Positions 1 to 8,163 of a stretch of 32,000 nucleotides of DNA are shown in pieces. How positions within the stretch are numbered: position 1 is the first letter of the stretch; each line of letters begins with the position of its first letter. The position numbers and the translations under genes were made by a program. The stretch comes from Acholeplasma laidlawii PG-8A. Its GTDB lineage: Bacteria > Bacillota_I > Bacilli_A > Acholeplasmatales > Acholeplasmataceae. Location: contig NC_010163.1 in NCBI RefSeq assembly GCF_000018785.1, positions 870,001-902,000 of the forward strand, read 5' to 3'. The notes under the pieces are model-generated. The model saw only the letters and a program-made list of their open reading frames with translations. It was not told where the DNA came from and did not search any database.

Positions 1-1
1 T

Positions 2-241
2 GCATTAGTTAAATACTTTAAAAAGAATATCGTTTCAACCAATGTTGATGCCTATGTAGGTAAATCAGCAATAGTTATCAAAGAGATTTCACCCTTGACT
101 CGTGGTCAAGTAGATTTTGAACATATGAACTGGACCGCTATTTCATCAGAAGATATTGAAGTAGGAGCTACTGTTCGTATTCTTGCAATTGAAGGAAATA
201 AATTTATAGTAACTAAAATTAATAAGGAGGATTTAAATTAA
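2..241 (+). CDS. NfeD-family membrane protein, C-terminal OB-fold part (5' end outside the window)
   Basis: Frame 2 is open from the window edge to TAA at 239-241. The translation ends ...GKSAIVIKEISPLTRGQVDFEHMNWTAISSEDIEVGATVRILAIEGNKFIVTKINKEDLN, matching the typical NfeD C-terminal beta-barrel (G.V...G..W.A). It sits 1 nt upstream of an SPFH gene, the canonical NfeD-stomatin pairing. Confidence 0.75.
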   Translation, partial: ALVKYFKKNIVSTNVDAYVGKSAIVIKEISPLTRGQVDFEHMNWTAISSEDIEVGATVRILAIEGNKFIVTKINKEDLN

Positions 242-242
242 T

Positions 243-1166
243 ATGGAACCAGGACAAGTAGTATTAATTGTATTAGTTGTTGTACTAGGTGTACTTGCAT
301 TACTTGTAATATCAGGTGTGCGTATTGTTACACAAACTAAAAAGTACGTTGTAGAACGTTTAGGAGCTTATCACACAACATGGGGCGTTGGTATTCACTG
401 GCTTTTTCCATTTGTAGATAGAGTGGTATCTGTGGTATCACTTAAAGAACAAGTTAAAGACTTTGATCCACAAGCAGTAATCACTAAAGATAACGTTACA
501 ATGCAAATCGATACGATCGTATTTTATCAAGTTACAGATCCAAAACTTTATGCTTATGGTGTTGAAAACCCAATACTAGCGATTGAAGCATTATCTGCTA
601 CAACACTTCGTAACATCTTAGGGGATTTAGAACTTGATACTTCTTTAACCTCAAGAGATATTATCAACACCAAGATGCGCCACATCTTAGATGATGCTAC
701 TGATAAATGGGGTATTAAAGTAAACCGTGTTGAAGTTAAAAACATTATGCCACCTAAAGACATTAGAGACTCTATGGAAAAGCAAATGCGTGCTGAACGT
801 GAAAGACGTCAAACCATTTTAATTGCTGAGGGTGAAAAACGTGCTAAGATTTTAGAAGCTGAAGGTATTAATGAATCGATTATTTTAAAAGCTCAAGCGG
901 ATAAACAACAAGTGATTTTAAACGCGGAAGCTCAAGCAGAATCTATTCGTCAATTAAAAGAAGCTGAAGCATTAGGTATTAAGTTAATTAAAGAAGCTGC
1001 ACCAGATGCAGCTGTACTACAAATTAAGGCTTATGAAGCACTTGCTAAACTTGCTGAAGGTCAAGCTACAAAGATTGTAGTTCCATCTAATTTAGCCGAT
1101 TTAGCTGGTACAGTGACTGCATTAACTGAAGTTGTTCAATCAGGTAAAGAACCAACTAAAAAATAA
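243..1166 (+). CDS. SPFH/band-7 (stomatin/prohibitin-like) membrane protein
   Basis: 307-aa ORF with an N-terminal TM helix (VVLIVLVVVLGVLALLVISGV). The SPFH core follows (KDNVTMQIDTIVFYQVTDP, VKNIMPPKDIRDSMEKQMRAERERR), then an Ala/Glu/Lys coiled-coil tail. RBS AAGGAGG lies at 224-230. Confidence 0.9.
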   Translation: MEPGQVVLIVLVVVLGVLALLVISGVRIVTQTKKYVVERLGAYHTTWGVGIHWLFPFVDRVVSVVSLKEQVKDFDPQAVITKDNVTMQIDTIVFYQVTDPKLYAYGVENPILAIEALSATTLRNILGDLELDTSLTSRDIINTKMRHILDDATDKWGIKVNRVEVKNIMPPKDIRDSMEKQMRAERERRQTILIAEGEKRAKILEAEGINESIILKAQADKQQVILNAEAQAESIRQLKEAEALGIKLIKEAAPDAAVLQIKAYEALAKLAEGQATKIVVPSNLADLAGTVTALTEVVQSGKEPTKK

Positions 1167-1179
1167 GTGGTAAATAAAT

Positions 1180-1210
1180 AAGGTACTGTTCAAAGTGAAC
1201 AGTACCTTTT
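1180..1210. terminator. Bidirectional intrinsic terminator between convergent genes
   Basis: Perfect 12-bp stem AAGGTACTGTTC (1180-1191) / GAACAGTACCTT (1197-1208) with a 5-nt loop. T-rich tracts flank it on both strands. Confidence 0.8.
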
Positions 1211-1211
1211 A

Positions 1212-2249
1212 TTATGTATATAATATCTCTTCTATGACTTTATCATTTAAGGATTCAACAAATAGTTTGAGTAACTTTTTAGTATGAACTAAATCAGAAT
1301 AGTCTATCATTTGGTGATGTGAGTGTTTATTTTTGATTGGTATACCAATGGATAATGTTGCAGCACCTAATTTTGATAGTTGAAGATAATGACCTTCACT
1401 TAAAACTGATTGTTGGTGTGCTTCTTGATAAGGTATTTTATGTAGTTTGCACAAGTTAAGTACATAATTTCTTAGTCTTGGATGAGCAATTAAGCCTTGA
1501 TCATAAAAACTAATTACCGGTCCACCCCCTAATTTAATAAAATCAGGCATCGTGTGATCTGTACTATCCATGGTATCTAAACTGATAGCTATATCAGGTT
1601 CTACCATGTAACTTGCTGTTTTAGCACCTTTCATGTTCATCTTGTGTTGAACAGTAAATGCAGCATTAAGTGCTACTTTTAAGTTTTCTACTTCTTCTAA
1701 AAGTTCACTTAATACATAAACAGATGATCTCGTATCTAAAGCTTTTGAAATAAAACGGTCATTTTCTAGTGACTTAAATTCAGCATAACGCGTAACCATA
1801 TCACCGATTTGAATACCTTTATCAAATGCTTCTTTATCCGATTTAAAACCAGCATCTAAATAAAGTGTTTTAAAGTCTTCTACTCTAGGTAGTTCATCAC
1901 CTGCTTGATAGGTTAAAGGCTTACCAATTAATGTAGCTAAAAATGTTTTATCTTTGGTTGTAACTAAAAATAATTGGTTTAATGAGTTCTTAGCATGCAT
2001 ATAGCCAACATTTTGAAATTTAAGTAGACCTTGTTTGGTTACTTGAGTAACAATCATGCCCACTTCATCTATAGGTGCAGTGATTAAAACTTGTCCGCCT
2101 TCACCAGTTGATGCGACAACAGAGCCAAGTCTATCTTTCGTTATTTGACCTTTTAGTGAAGATTTTAAGTAACTAGTTACTTCAACTTCATTGGATGCAA
2201 TTGCATGTAATTGCGTTAATTTATTTAATTTTTCGATGTCTTTTTTCAT
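1212..2249 (-). CDS. M42-family aminopeptidase (FrvX/PepA/YsdC-like)
   Basis: 345-aa ORF. The N-terminus (LTQLHAIASNEVEVTSYLK...) and overall layout resemble M42 glutamyl aminopeptidase / endoglucanase-like proteins. This is an eye-level family call. Confidence 0.7.
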   Translation of the reverse strand: MKKDIEKLNKLTQLHAIASNEVEVTSYLKSSLKGQITKDRLGSVVASTGEGGQVLITAPIDEVGMIVTQVTKQGLLKFQNVGYMHAKNSLNQLFLVTTKDKTFLATLIGKPLTYQAGDELPRVEDFKTLYLDAGFKSDKEAFDKGIQIGDMVTRYAEFKSLENDRFISKALDTRSSVYVLSELLEEVENLKVALNAAFTVQHKMNMKGAKTASYMVEPDIAISLDTMDSTDHTMPDFIKLGGGPVISFYDQGLIAHPRLRNYVLNLCKLHKIPYQEAHQQSVLSEGHYLQLSKLGAATLSIGIPIKNKHSHHQMIDYSDLVHTKKLLKLFVESLNDKVIEEILYT

Positions 2250-2280
2250 TTATATGTCCATTCTAAACTGTTTTATGAGA

Positions 2281-2440
2281 ATAAAATAAAAACCTAGGAA
2301 GGTGTTGGAATCTCTTATTTTTAAGTGGGAATTTCCTATACACATACGTTGGGATTCCAAGTGATAATTTGGCCTTCAACTCCAGTATGGTTTAACTCCC
2401 TAAAAGATATGTTTGGGTTCCACGGGTACTTCCTAGGCAC
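2281..2440 (-). ncRNA. Candidate structured small RNA of about 160 nt, rod-like and 6S-like (alternatively a leader of the M42 peptidase gene)
   Basis: It has its own promoter (next feature). The 5' CCUAGGAAG (2434-2442 region) pairs with 3' CUUCCUAGG (2294-2302 region), followed by UUUUUAUUUU. Further imperfect helices lie inside (AUCUUUU/AAGAGAU, GGAA/UUCC, GGGA/UCCC). No credible ORF is present. Confidence 0.4.
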
Positions 2441-2444
2441 CTTT

Positions 2445-2473
2445 AATTTACATCATTTTTTTATATTTGTCAA
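2445..2473 (-). promoter_or_regulatory. Sigma-70-type promoter driving the candidate RNA
   Basis: On the minus strand: TTGACA (2473-2468), a 17-nt spacer, then TAAATT (2450-2445). It starts about 20 nt after the galU stop. Confidence 0.55.
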
Positions 2474-2492
2474 TGAAAATGGTTTCCACGTT

Positions 2493-3353
2493 CTAAATCT
2501 TTTTGCTTAAGATTTCATTCAAATCCTTTTTCAAGTCATCGCGTTTTAAACCAAAATCAATGATAGCTTCAATATAACCAATCTTTGATCCAATATCATA
2601 TCTTTTACCAATCATGTCAAATGAAAATACTTTCTCATAGTCCATTAATCTTAAGATGGAGTCGGTTAATTGAATCTCATTACCAGCACCTCTTTTTTGA
2701 TCTTTTAGTAATTGAAAGATTTTTGGAGTAAGTACATATCTACCAGAAATTGCTGAGTGTGATGGTGGATTTGATTTAGGTTTTTCAACAACACCTTCTA
2801 GTTCAACAATTGGTTTGACACTATCTTTTTTAGGTATACAAATACCATATAATTTGGTGTCTTCTAGTGGAACTTCCATGGTACCTAAAATACTGGATTT
2901 CTTATCATTATAAGCATCAATTAGTTGTAAAAGTGCAGGTTTTTCTTCTGATACATACACATCATCTCCAAGTAACACTGCAAACGGTTCACCATTAATG
3001 AATTTTTCTGCTTGTAAGACTGCATGACCTAAACCTAGTTGTTCTTCTTGTGTTGTGTAAAATATTTTTGCACCATAACTTGTATTTTTGATGAGTTTAA
3101 TATCATCAAGTTTATTTTTTTCTTTTAAGAATTGTTCTAACTCAACATTATGTTCAAAGTAAGATTGTATTGCCCCTTTATTGGATGAAATAATAATTAA
3201 TATTTCTTCTATACCTGATGCAACCGCCTCTTCAATAATATAACTTAATGCTGGTTTATCAATAATTGGTAGCATTTCTTTTGGAACTGCTTTAGTTATT
3301 GGTAAAAACCTTGTCCCCCAGCCTGCTGCGGGTACTACTGCTTTTTTAATCAT
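2493..3353 (-). CDS. galU: UTP--glucose-1-phosphate uridylyltransferase
   Basis: 286 aa. N-terminal VVPAAGWGTRFLPITKAVPKEMLPI nucleotide-binding motif, plus LGDD and the family-typical length. Confidence 0.92.
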   Translation of the reverse strand: MIKKAVVPAAGWGTRFLPITKAVPKEMLPIIDKPALSYIIEEAVASGIEEILIIISSNKGAIQSYFEHNVELEQFLKEKNKLDDIKLIKNTSYGAKIFYTTQEEQLGLGHAVLQAEKFINGEPFAVLLGDDVYVSEEKPALLQLIDAYNDKKSSILGTMEVPLEDTKLYGICIPKKDSVKPIVELEGVVEKPKSNPPSHSAISGRYVLTPKIFQLLKDQKRGAGNEIQLTDSILRLMDYEKVFSFDMIGKRYDIGSKIGYIEAIIDFGLKRDDLKKDLNEILSKKI

Positions 3354-4825
3354 CTTTGTTTCTCCCCTTCGTAATATACTAATATTCTAACGTATGTTGC
3401 TTGATAAATCATTGCGTTTAATAAAATGTCTCTTATCTTTTGTTCAATAGCAAAATTAGAGTTTGGTGTTTTAATAGATACTCTAGCTGCTAAATAATCC
3501 GAATCATCTAACTCTTCCATACGAGCTACATAATAATGCTTTGATAATTTCAAGATATCTTCTTTATTTTTAAATGAGAATATAATCGATATAATTAACT
3601 CTCTCTTGGTTACTTGTAATTCTTTTAATAAATTGGCAAGCGATAATGCTCTTGCAACAATATACTCTGTTTTATGAAAGAAAGTTTTCTCATAAATTTG
3701 TTTGTATTTATCATATACAATTTGTTCTTCAATATTTGTGTGTAGTATATTTTCTAAATAGTTTTTAAAATTTTGAGCACGCTTGGCATGTTTATGATAA
3801 AACTCAGTATATACATTCATTTCCTTACCATTGAAGGTATATGCAGTAATCATAAAGTGTTTTCTATTGGCATAAAACAGTATATCGTTTAGATGTTTAT
3901 GAAATTCATCTACATGAGTTTTGAATTTATAAATACCTACGATATTATACGTTTCATTATAAACAAGTGGCTCATAAAACTCATTGGCATAGACATGTCG
4001 TTGATCATCTGGATCATAATATTTATAGGCACTATATGCCACTCGGTTTAGTGATAAATATTTTTCATAGACAATATCTGTAATACCAAGTAGTGAAATG
4101 ATTACTGTAAAGATAACTTGTGATAGAAAGGATATAGGAAGTATCCATGCTGCAAATATAACCGGTAAGAATATAAACATTATAGCTGCTCTAAACATCG
4201 CTCTAAAGCCATTTTTATAGAGTATAAAGGTCAGGACGAATAAGGATGTTACACCATAGAAAGTAAAGACTTGTAAGGGATTATAGTTACTTAGATCAAT
4301 ATAGATATTCTTCAATTCATTAATAAACAAGAATATTGCAGTAAATAAGAATAGAATTGTAATTAATTGTCTAGTTTTTAAATACCAACTCTTAGTAAAT
4401 AACTTTTTAGTTTGAGGTAATCTAACATAGTTTTTCATTTCTTGGCGATATGCATAAAACGGCCAATATTTACCACGTATTGAAATACTTAAAGGTGCTG
4501 TGTCTGTCGGTATAAGTTTTGCTTCTAGATGTGTTTCAAAGTTTGATAATGGGTTTAATATAATCATAAGTGAACCAACAGCAATAATAGCTTGCTCATA
4601 GTCTGGTAAAATGATTAAACCCAATATAATGACTAATGAGTAAATTAACATTACTATGAACTTGGCGGTACCACTAAATAAGTATACAGAAAGTAGGACA
4701 ATGCTTATGGTTGCAAATACAGTATATATTAAAGAATAATCTAACTCCATCAATGGAAAAACAAGCATGAATGAGATCAATAACATTAAAATTAATATTA
4801 AACTAATTAACAATCTTCTTTTCAT
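3350..4825 (-). CDS. Hypothetical polytopic membrane protein with a soluble C-terminal domain of about 230 aa
   Basis: 491-aa ORF. Hydrophobic helices are visible by eye: about 3-4 N-terminal, then a loop, then about 4 more. The C-terminal half is hydrophilic. Its stop overlaps the galU start by 4 nt (ATGA-type coupling). No family was recognised. Confidence 0.6.
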   Translation of the reverse strand: MKRRLLISLILILMLLISFMLVFPLMELDYSLIYTVFATISIVLLSVYLFSGTAKFIVMLIYSLVIILGLIILPDYEQAIIAVGSLMIILNPLSNFETHLEAKLIPTDTAPLSISIRGKYWPFYAYRQEMKNYVRLPQTKKLFTKSWYLKTRQLITILFLFTAIFLFINELKNIYIDLSNYNPLQVFTFYGVTSLFVLTFILYKNGFRAMFRAAIMFIFLPVIFAAWILPISFLSQVIFTVIISLLGITDIVYEKYLSLNRVAYSAYKYYDPDDQRHVYANEFYEPLVYNETYNIVGIYKFKTHVDEFHKHLNDILFYANRKHFMITAYTFNGKEMNVYTEFYHKHAKRAQNFKNYLENILHTNIEEQIVYDKYKQIYEKTFFHKTEYIVARALSLANLLKELQVTKRELIISIIFSFKNKEDILKLSKHYYVARMEELDDSDYLAARVSIKTPNSNFAIEQKIRDILLNAMIYQATYVRILVYYEGEKQR

Positions 4826-4930
4826 CTTAATCGCCCTTTATACGTTTACTTTCCTATCTTCTATTATATCAAACTTTGACTATAAATTGCCCAGGTAACT
4901 ATAAGTTAAATAGCAAATATTTAAAGAACT

Positions 4931-4963
4931 AAAAATAAAAGAGACATATTTATTATGTCTCTT
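4931..4963 (-). terminator. Intrinsic terminator of the infC-rpmI-rplT operon
   Basis: On the minus strand: AAGAGACAT, a 7-nt loop, ATGTCTCTT, then TTTTATTTTT. It lies 24 nt after the rplT stop. Confidence 0.8.
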
Positions 4964-4986
4964 AAGTCAATTGTAAAAAAAATTGA

Positions 4987-5367
4987 TTATTTTACTTGAT
5001 ATTTAGCTGGATTAGCGATTGCATCTTTTGCTAATTCAACATATGAAGCAAATACTGTTGGTTCTGAAATTGCTAAATCTGCTAAAACTTTTCTGTTTAA
5101 TTGTACATTAGCAAGTGATAAACCGTGAATTAATTTAGAGTATTTAAATCCGTTTTGGACAGCTCCTGCATTAATTCTTGAAATCCATAATCTTCTAAAG
5201 TTTCTCTTGTTTTGTTTTCTATCTCTGTAAGCATACTGTAATGCACGCATTACTTGTTCGTGTGCTGTACGGTATAATGTTGATTTGGAACCAAAATAAC
5301 CTTTAGCTAATTTTAATATTTTCTTACGTCTTCTTCTAGTTACTGGTGTGTTTTTTACTCTAGCCAT
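4987..5367 (-). CDS. rplT: 50S ribosomal protein L20
   Basis: 126 aa beginning [29 protein letters not shown]...[21 protein letters not shown], the unmistakable L20 signature. Confidence 0.97.
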   Translation of the reverse strand: MARVKNTPVTRRRRKKILKLAKGYFGSKSTLYRTAHEQVMRALQYAYRDRKQNKRNFRRLWISRINAGAVQNGFKYSKLIHGLSLANVQLNRKVLADLAISEPTVFASYVELAKDAIANPAKYQVK

Positions 5368-5381
5368 TTTCTAGTTCCTCC

Positions 5382-5582
5382 TTATTTCATGTTAGCAATT
5401 AAACGTTTGATTCTTTTAGCATCTGTAGCATGTACAGTTGTTTCTGCGCTTAATTGTCTATTTTGTTTTGTAGTTTTAGATGCTGCTAAGTGGTTTGAAT
5501 ACGCTTGATGACGCATTAATTTACCAGTAGCAGTGATTTTGATACGTTTTTTTAATCCACTATGTGTTTTTTGCTTTGGCAT
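5382..5582 (-). CDS. rpmI: 50S ribosomal protein L35
   Basis: 66 aa beginning MPKQKTHSGLKKRIKITATGKLMRHQA... The start was taken at the internal ATG (5582) because it has RBS AAAGAGGA upstream. The longer 78-aa track ORF overlaps the infC 3' end and has no SD. Confidence 0.93.
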   Translation of the reverse strand: MPKQKTHSGLKKRIKITATGKLMRHQAYSNHLAASKTTKQNRQLSAETTVHATDAKRIKRLIANMK

Positions 5583-5586
5583 GGTA

Positions 5587-6141
5587 TTATCCTCTTTCAT
5601 CTTTCTTTGCAGGTGCAATAATTGCTATAATCTGCATACCTTCTAGTTTAGGTTGTGATTCTACAACAACACCTTGTAGTAATTCAACAAATTTGTTAAC
5701 TTGCTCGAATCCGATGTCCTTGTGAGTAATCATACGTCCTCTAAAACGTAATGATACTTTTAATTTGTCACCACCATTAATAAACTTTTGAGCATTTCTT
5801 AATTTGGTGTCAAAGTCATGTTTATCAATTGTAGGTGATAACTTGATTTCTTTTAGCTTAACGATTTGTTGATTTTTCTTCATTTCTTTAAGCTTCTTTT
5901 GTTGGTCATAACGATGTTTTGAATAATCTAATAGTTTTGCAACCATTGGCTTTGCATTTTCAGGTGATACAACTAAAATGTCGATATCTCTTTCTCTTGC
6001 AATCTCTAATGCTTGTCTACGATCAAACGTTCCAAGTCTTTGACCTTCTTCATCAATAATTAAGAATTGTCCGTTTGGCAATGTCTCATTTACTAAGTCT
6101 GAGTTTTGTTTGGGTTTGAAGCCCATTTTTTGTGGTCTAAT
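5587..6141 (-). CDS. infC: Translation initiation factor IF-3, probable ATT start
   Basis: IF-3 N- and C-domains are recognisable (LIIDEEGQRLG..., ...KLKEIKLSPTIDKHDFDTKLRNAQKFINGGDKLKVSLRFRGRMITH). The frame stays open upstream of the first ATG (6126). ATT at 6141-6139 lies 9 nt after AGGGAG (6156-6151), whereas the ATG is about 24 nt from the SD. Confidence 0.85.
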   Translation of the reverse strand: MRPQKMGFKPKQNSDLVNETLPNGQFLIIDEEGQRLGTFDRRQALEIARERDIDILVVSPENAKPMVAKLLDYSKHRYDQQKKLKEMKKNQQIVKLKEIKLSPTIDKHDFDTKLRNAQKFINGGDKLKVSLRFRGRMITHKDIGFEQVNKFVELLQGVVVESQPKLEGMQIIAIIAPAKKDERG

Positions 6142-6311
6142 ATTTAACCACTCCCTTCGATTTTTATGCTTTGGTAAAATAATGAAAAAGCGCGTATATA
6201 TGAATATACCCGCTTTGCACTAAAATTCGAAATTAAATAAATGTTAGCGTGCTATTTACCCAAGGATGGACCATCAGGTGAGAGGGTATCTCTTCTTTTC
6301 ACAATATTACC
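6142..6311 (-). promoter_or_regulatory. infC operon 5' leader with intrinsic attenuator (L20-leader-type arrangement)
   Basis: The leader of about 170 nt lies between a consensus promoter and the infC SD. It contains a terminator: AAAGCGGGTATAT, loop TCAT, ATATACGCGCTTT, then TT (6185-6216, one mismatch). This ends 30 nt before the SD. Confidence 0.6.
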
Positions 6312-6317
6312 GTAGTT

Positions 6318-6346
6318 ATTATATATAATATCTACTCATTTGTCAA
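6318..6346 (-). promoter_or_regulatory. Consensus sigma-70 promoter of the infC operon
   Basis: On the minus strand: TTGACA (6346-6341), a 17-nt spacer, then TATAAT (6323-6318). Confidence 0.8.
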
Positions 6347-6372
6347 ACATATTTTGTATCTTTGATACCAAT

Positions 6373-8163
6373 TTACGCAAATTGTGACATAAAGAGTTCA
6401 TGATACTTGCCCTTTTGCTCCATTAAGCTCTCATGGGTACCTTTTTCAATGATATTACCTTTTTCAACTAGTAAGATGATATCAGCATTTCTAATTGTAG
6501 ATAGCCTATGTGCAATCACAAATGTTGTTTTATGCTTCATTAAGTTAAGCATAGCTTCTTGAATGTTGACTTCAGTATAAGTATCTACATTCGATGTTGC
6601 CTCATCTAAAATAAGCATTTGAGATTTACTTAACATCGCTCTTGCTATAACAATTAATTGTTTTTGTCCTTTTGAAATGTTTACACCTTCATCTGATAAG
6701 ACCGTGTCATATCCATTGGGTAGATGTGAAATATAGTGGTGTATACGTGCCTTTTTAGCGGCTTCTACTACCTCTTCAAATGAACAATCGCCATTACCAT
6801 ATTTGATATTATCCAACACTGTACCTTTAAATATCCATGTATCTTGTAACACCATTGAAAATGCACGTCTATAATATTTTCTATTAAACGACTCAATTGG
6901 TATACCATCCACTAAAATCTTACCTGAATTTATATCATAATATCTCATCATTAAATTCACGAGTGTCGTTTTACCAGCACCAGTTTGTCCAACAATAGCA
7001 ACTGTTTGACCAGGCTTTACATCAAAACTTACGTTTTGCAGTACCGGTCTATCTTCTACATATCTAAAACTTACATCATCAAATGTGACTTGGCCTTCAG
7101 TAATACCTGAATCTTTACCATCTAAGATATCTTGAGTCTCATCGTCTTGATCAAGTACATAAAATACGCGTTCTGCAGCAGCAAGTGCTGATTGAATATC
7201 AGCAACCAAGTTACTCATATGATTAATTGGTCCTGAAAAACGTTTAGAATAGAGCATAAATGCAGATAAGTCACCAACCATTATACGACCAAATAAGACT
7301 AATATGGCACCTGCAGTACCCACTAGTGCTGTACCAAAGTTGTTAATAAATAATACACCGGGTCCTGTAGTTGTTAAATAATATCCTGCTTCATAACTCT
7401 TTTCTGTTGTATCTTCATTTAAAATCTTATATCTTTCATAGACATTATCTTCTTGAACATAAGATTGAATTGTTTTTTGTGCGCTAATCATCTCTTCAGT
7501 ATAACCATTTAGTTGACCTAAACTCTTATTTCTAATTCTTAACTTCTTCTTAATAATTTTTGATAAGAAGGTTGTTAATAAGAAACTTAAAGGTATGGTA
7601 ATAAAATAGATAAGTAATAAAAGCGGAGATACGATTATCATCATAATAAAGGATACAACCAGTGTGATGGTTGATGTAATCAAACTAAGTGCATCAGATG
7701 AAAGTGATCCAGCAATCGTGTCAATATCATAACTCATACGAGATATGATGTCACCTGTTTGGTTTGTATCAAAGTACTTTACACTTACCGTTGTCATTTT
7801 ATTAAATAAATCAGTTCTAAGTTTAAAAACGACACTTTGGGACATTTTAACTAAAGCAACACTTAAGATATAATTCATAAGTGCTGAGGTTAGATAAAAA
7901 GAAATCATCAGTCCACCTAATAAAAATACTTCATTAAAATCGATATTAAGTCCATTATTCACTACGACCATCTCATTAATCATCTTACCTGTTAAGTAAG
8001 GCCCAATTAATGATAAAGCGTTTGATAATACGGTAAGGATAATACCTATAACTAATCTTTTCTTATAAAACGATAGATAAAACCATAATCTTTTTAGGGT
8101 TTTCTTTCTGTCTTTAGCAACATCTGAACCATCGTTTCGACCTTTACGTCCGCCCCGATTCAT
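6373..8163 (-). CDS. ABC exporter half-transporter (TMD-NBD), the subunit with consensus Walker B and a degenerate signature
   Basis: 596 aa with a 6-helix type-I exporter TMD. Walker A is GQTGAGKTT and Walker B is LILDEATSNVD. The signature is ISKGQKQL rather than LSGGQ. Confidence 0.9.
   Translation of the reverse strand: MNRGGRKGRNDGSDVAKDRKKTLKRLWFYLSFYKKRLVIGIILTVLSNALSLIGPYLTGKMINEMVVVNNGLNIDFNEVFLLGGLMISFYLTSALMNYILSVALVKMSQSVVFKLRTDLFNKMTTVSVKYFDTNQTGDIISRMSYDIDTIAGSLSSDALSLITSTITLVVSFIMMIIVSPLLLLIYFITIPLSFLLTTFLSKIIKKKLRIRNKSLGQLNGYTEEMISAQKTIQSYVQEDNVYERYKILNEDTTEKSYEAGYYLTTTGPGVLFINNFGTALVGTAGAILVLFGRIMVGDLSAFMLYSKRFSGPINHMSNLVADIQSALAAAERVFYVLDQDDETQDILDGKDSGITEGQVTFDDVSFRYVEDRPVLQNVSFDVKPGQTVAIVGQTGAGKTTLVNLMMRYYDINSGKILVDGIPIESFNRKYYRRAFSMVLQDTWIFKGTVLDNIKYGNGDCSFEEVVEAAKKARIHHYISHLPNGYDTVLSDEGVNISKGQKQLIVIARAMLSKSQMLILDEATSNVDTYTEVNIQEAMLNLMKHKTTFVIAHRLSTIRNADIILLVEKGNIIEKGTHESLMEQKGKYHELFMSQFA

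Noticed and set aside
2325-2510. 61-aa plus-strand ORF in the galU/M42 intergenic region
   Set aside because: It has no SD. The composition is odd for a real protein (Phe/His/Gly-rich, low complexity). It runs antisense to the promoter-driven structured RNA and overlaps the galU 3' end. The region is better explained as RNA.
5583-5618. N-terminal extension of rpmI to 78 aa (MHLQRKMKEDNT...)
   Set aside because: The extension overlaps the infC 3' end, has no SD and is not L35-like. The internal ATG gives the canonical MPKQKTH start with a good SD.
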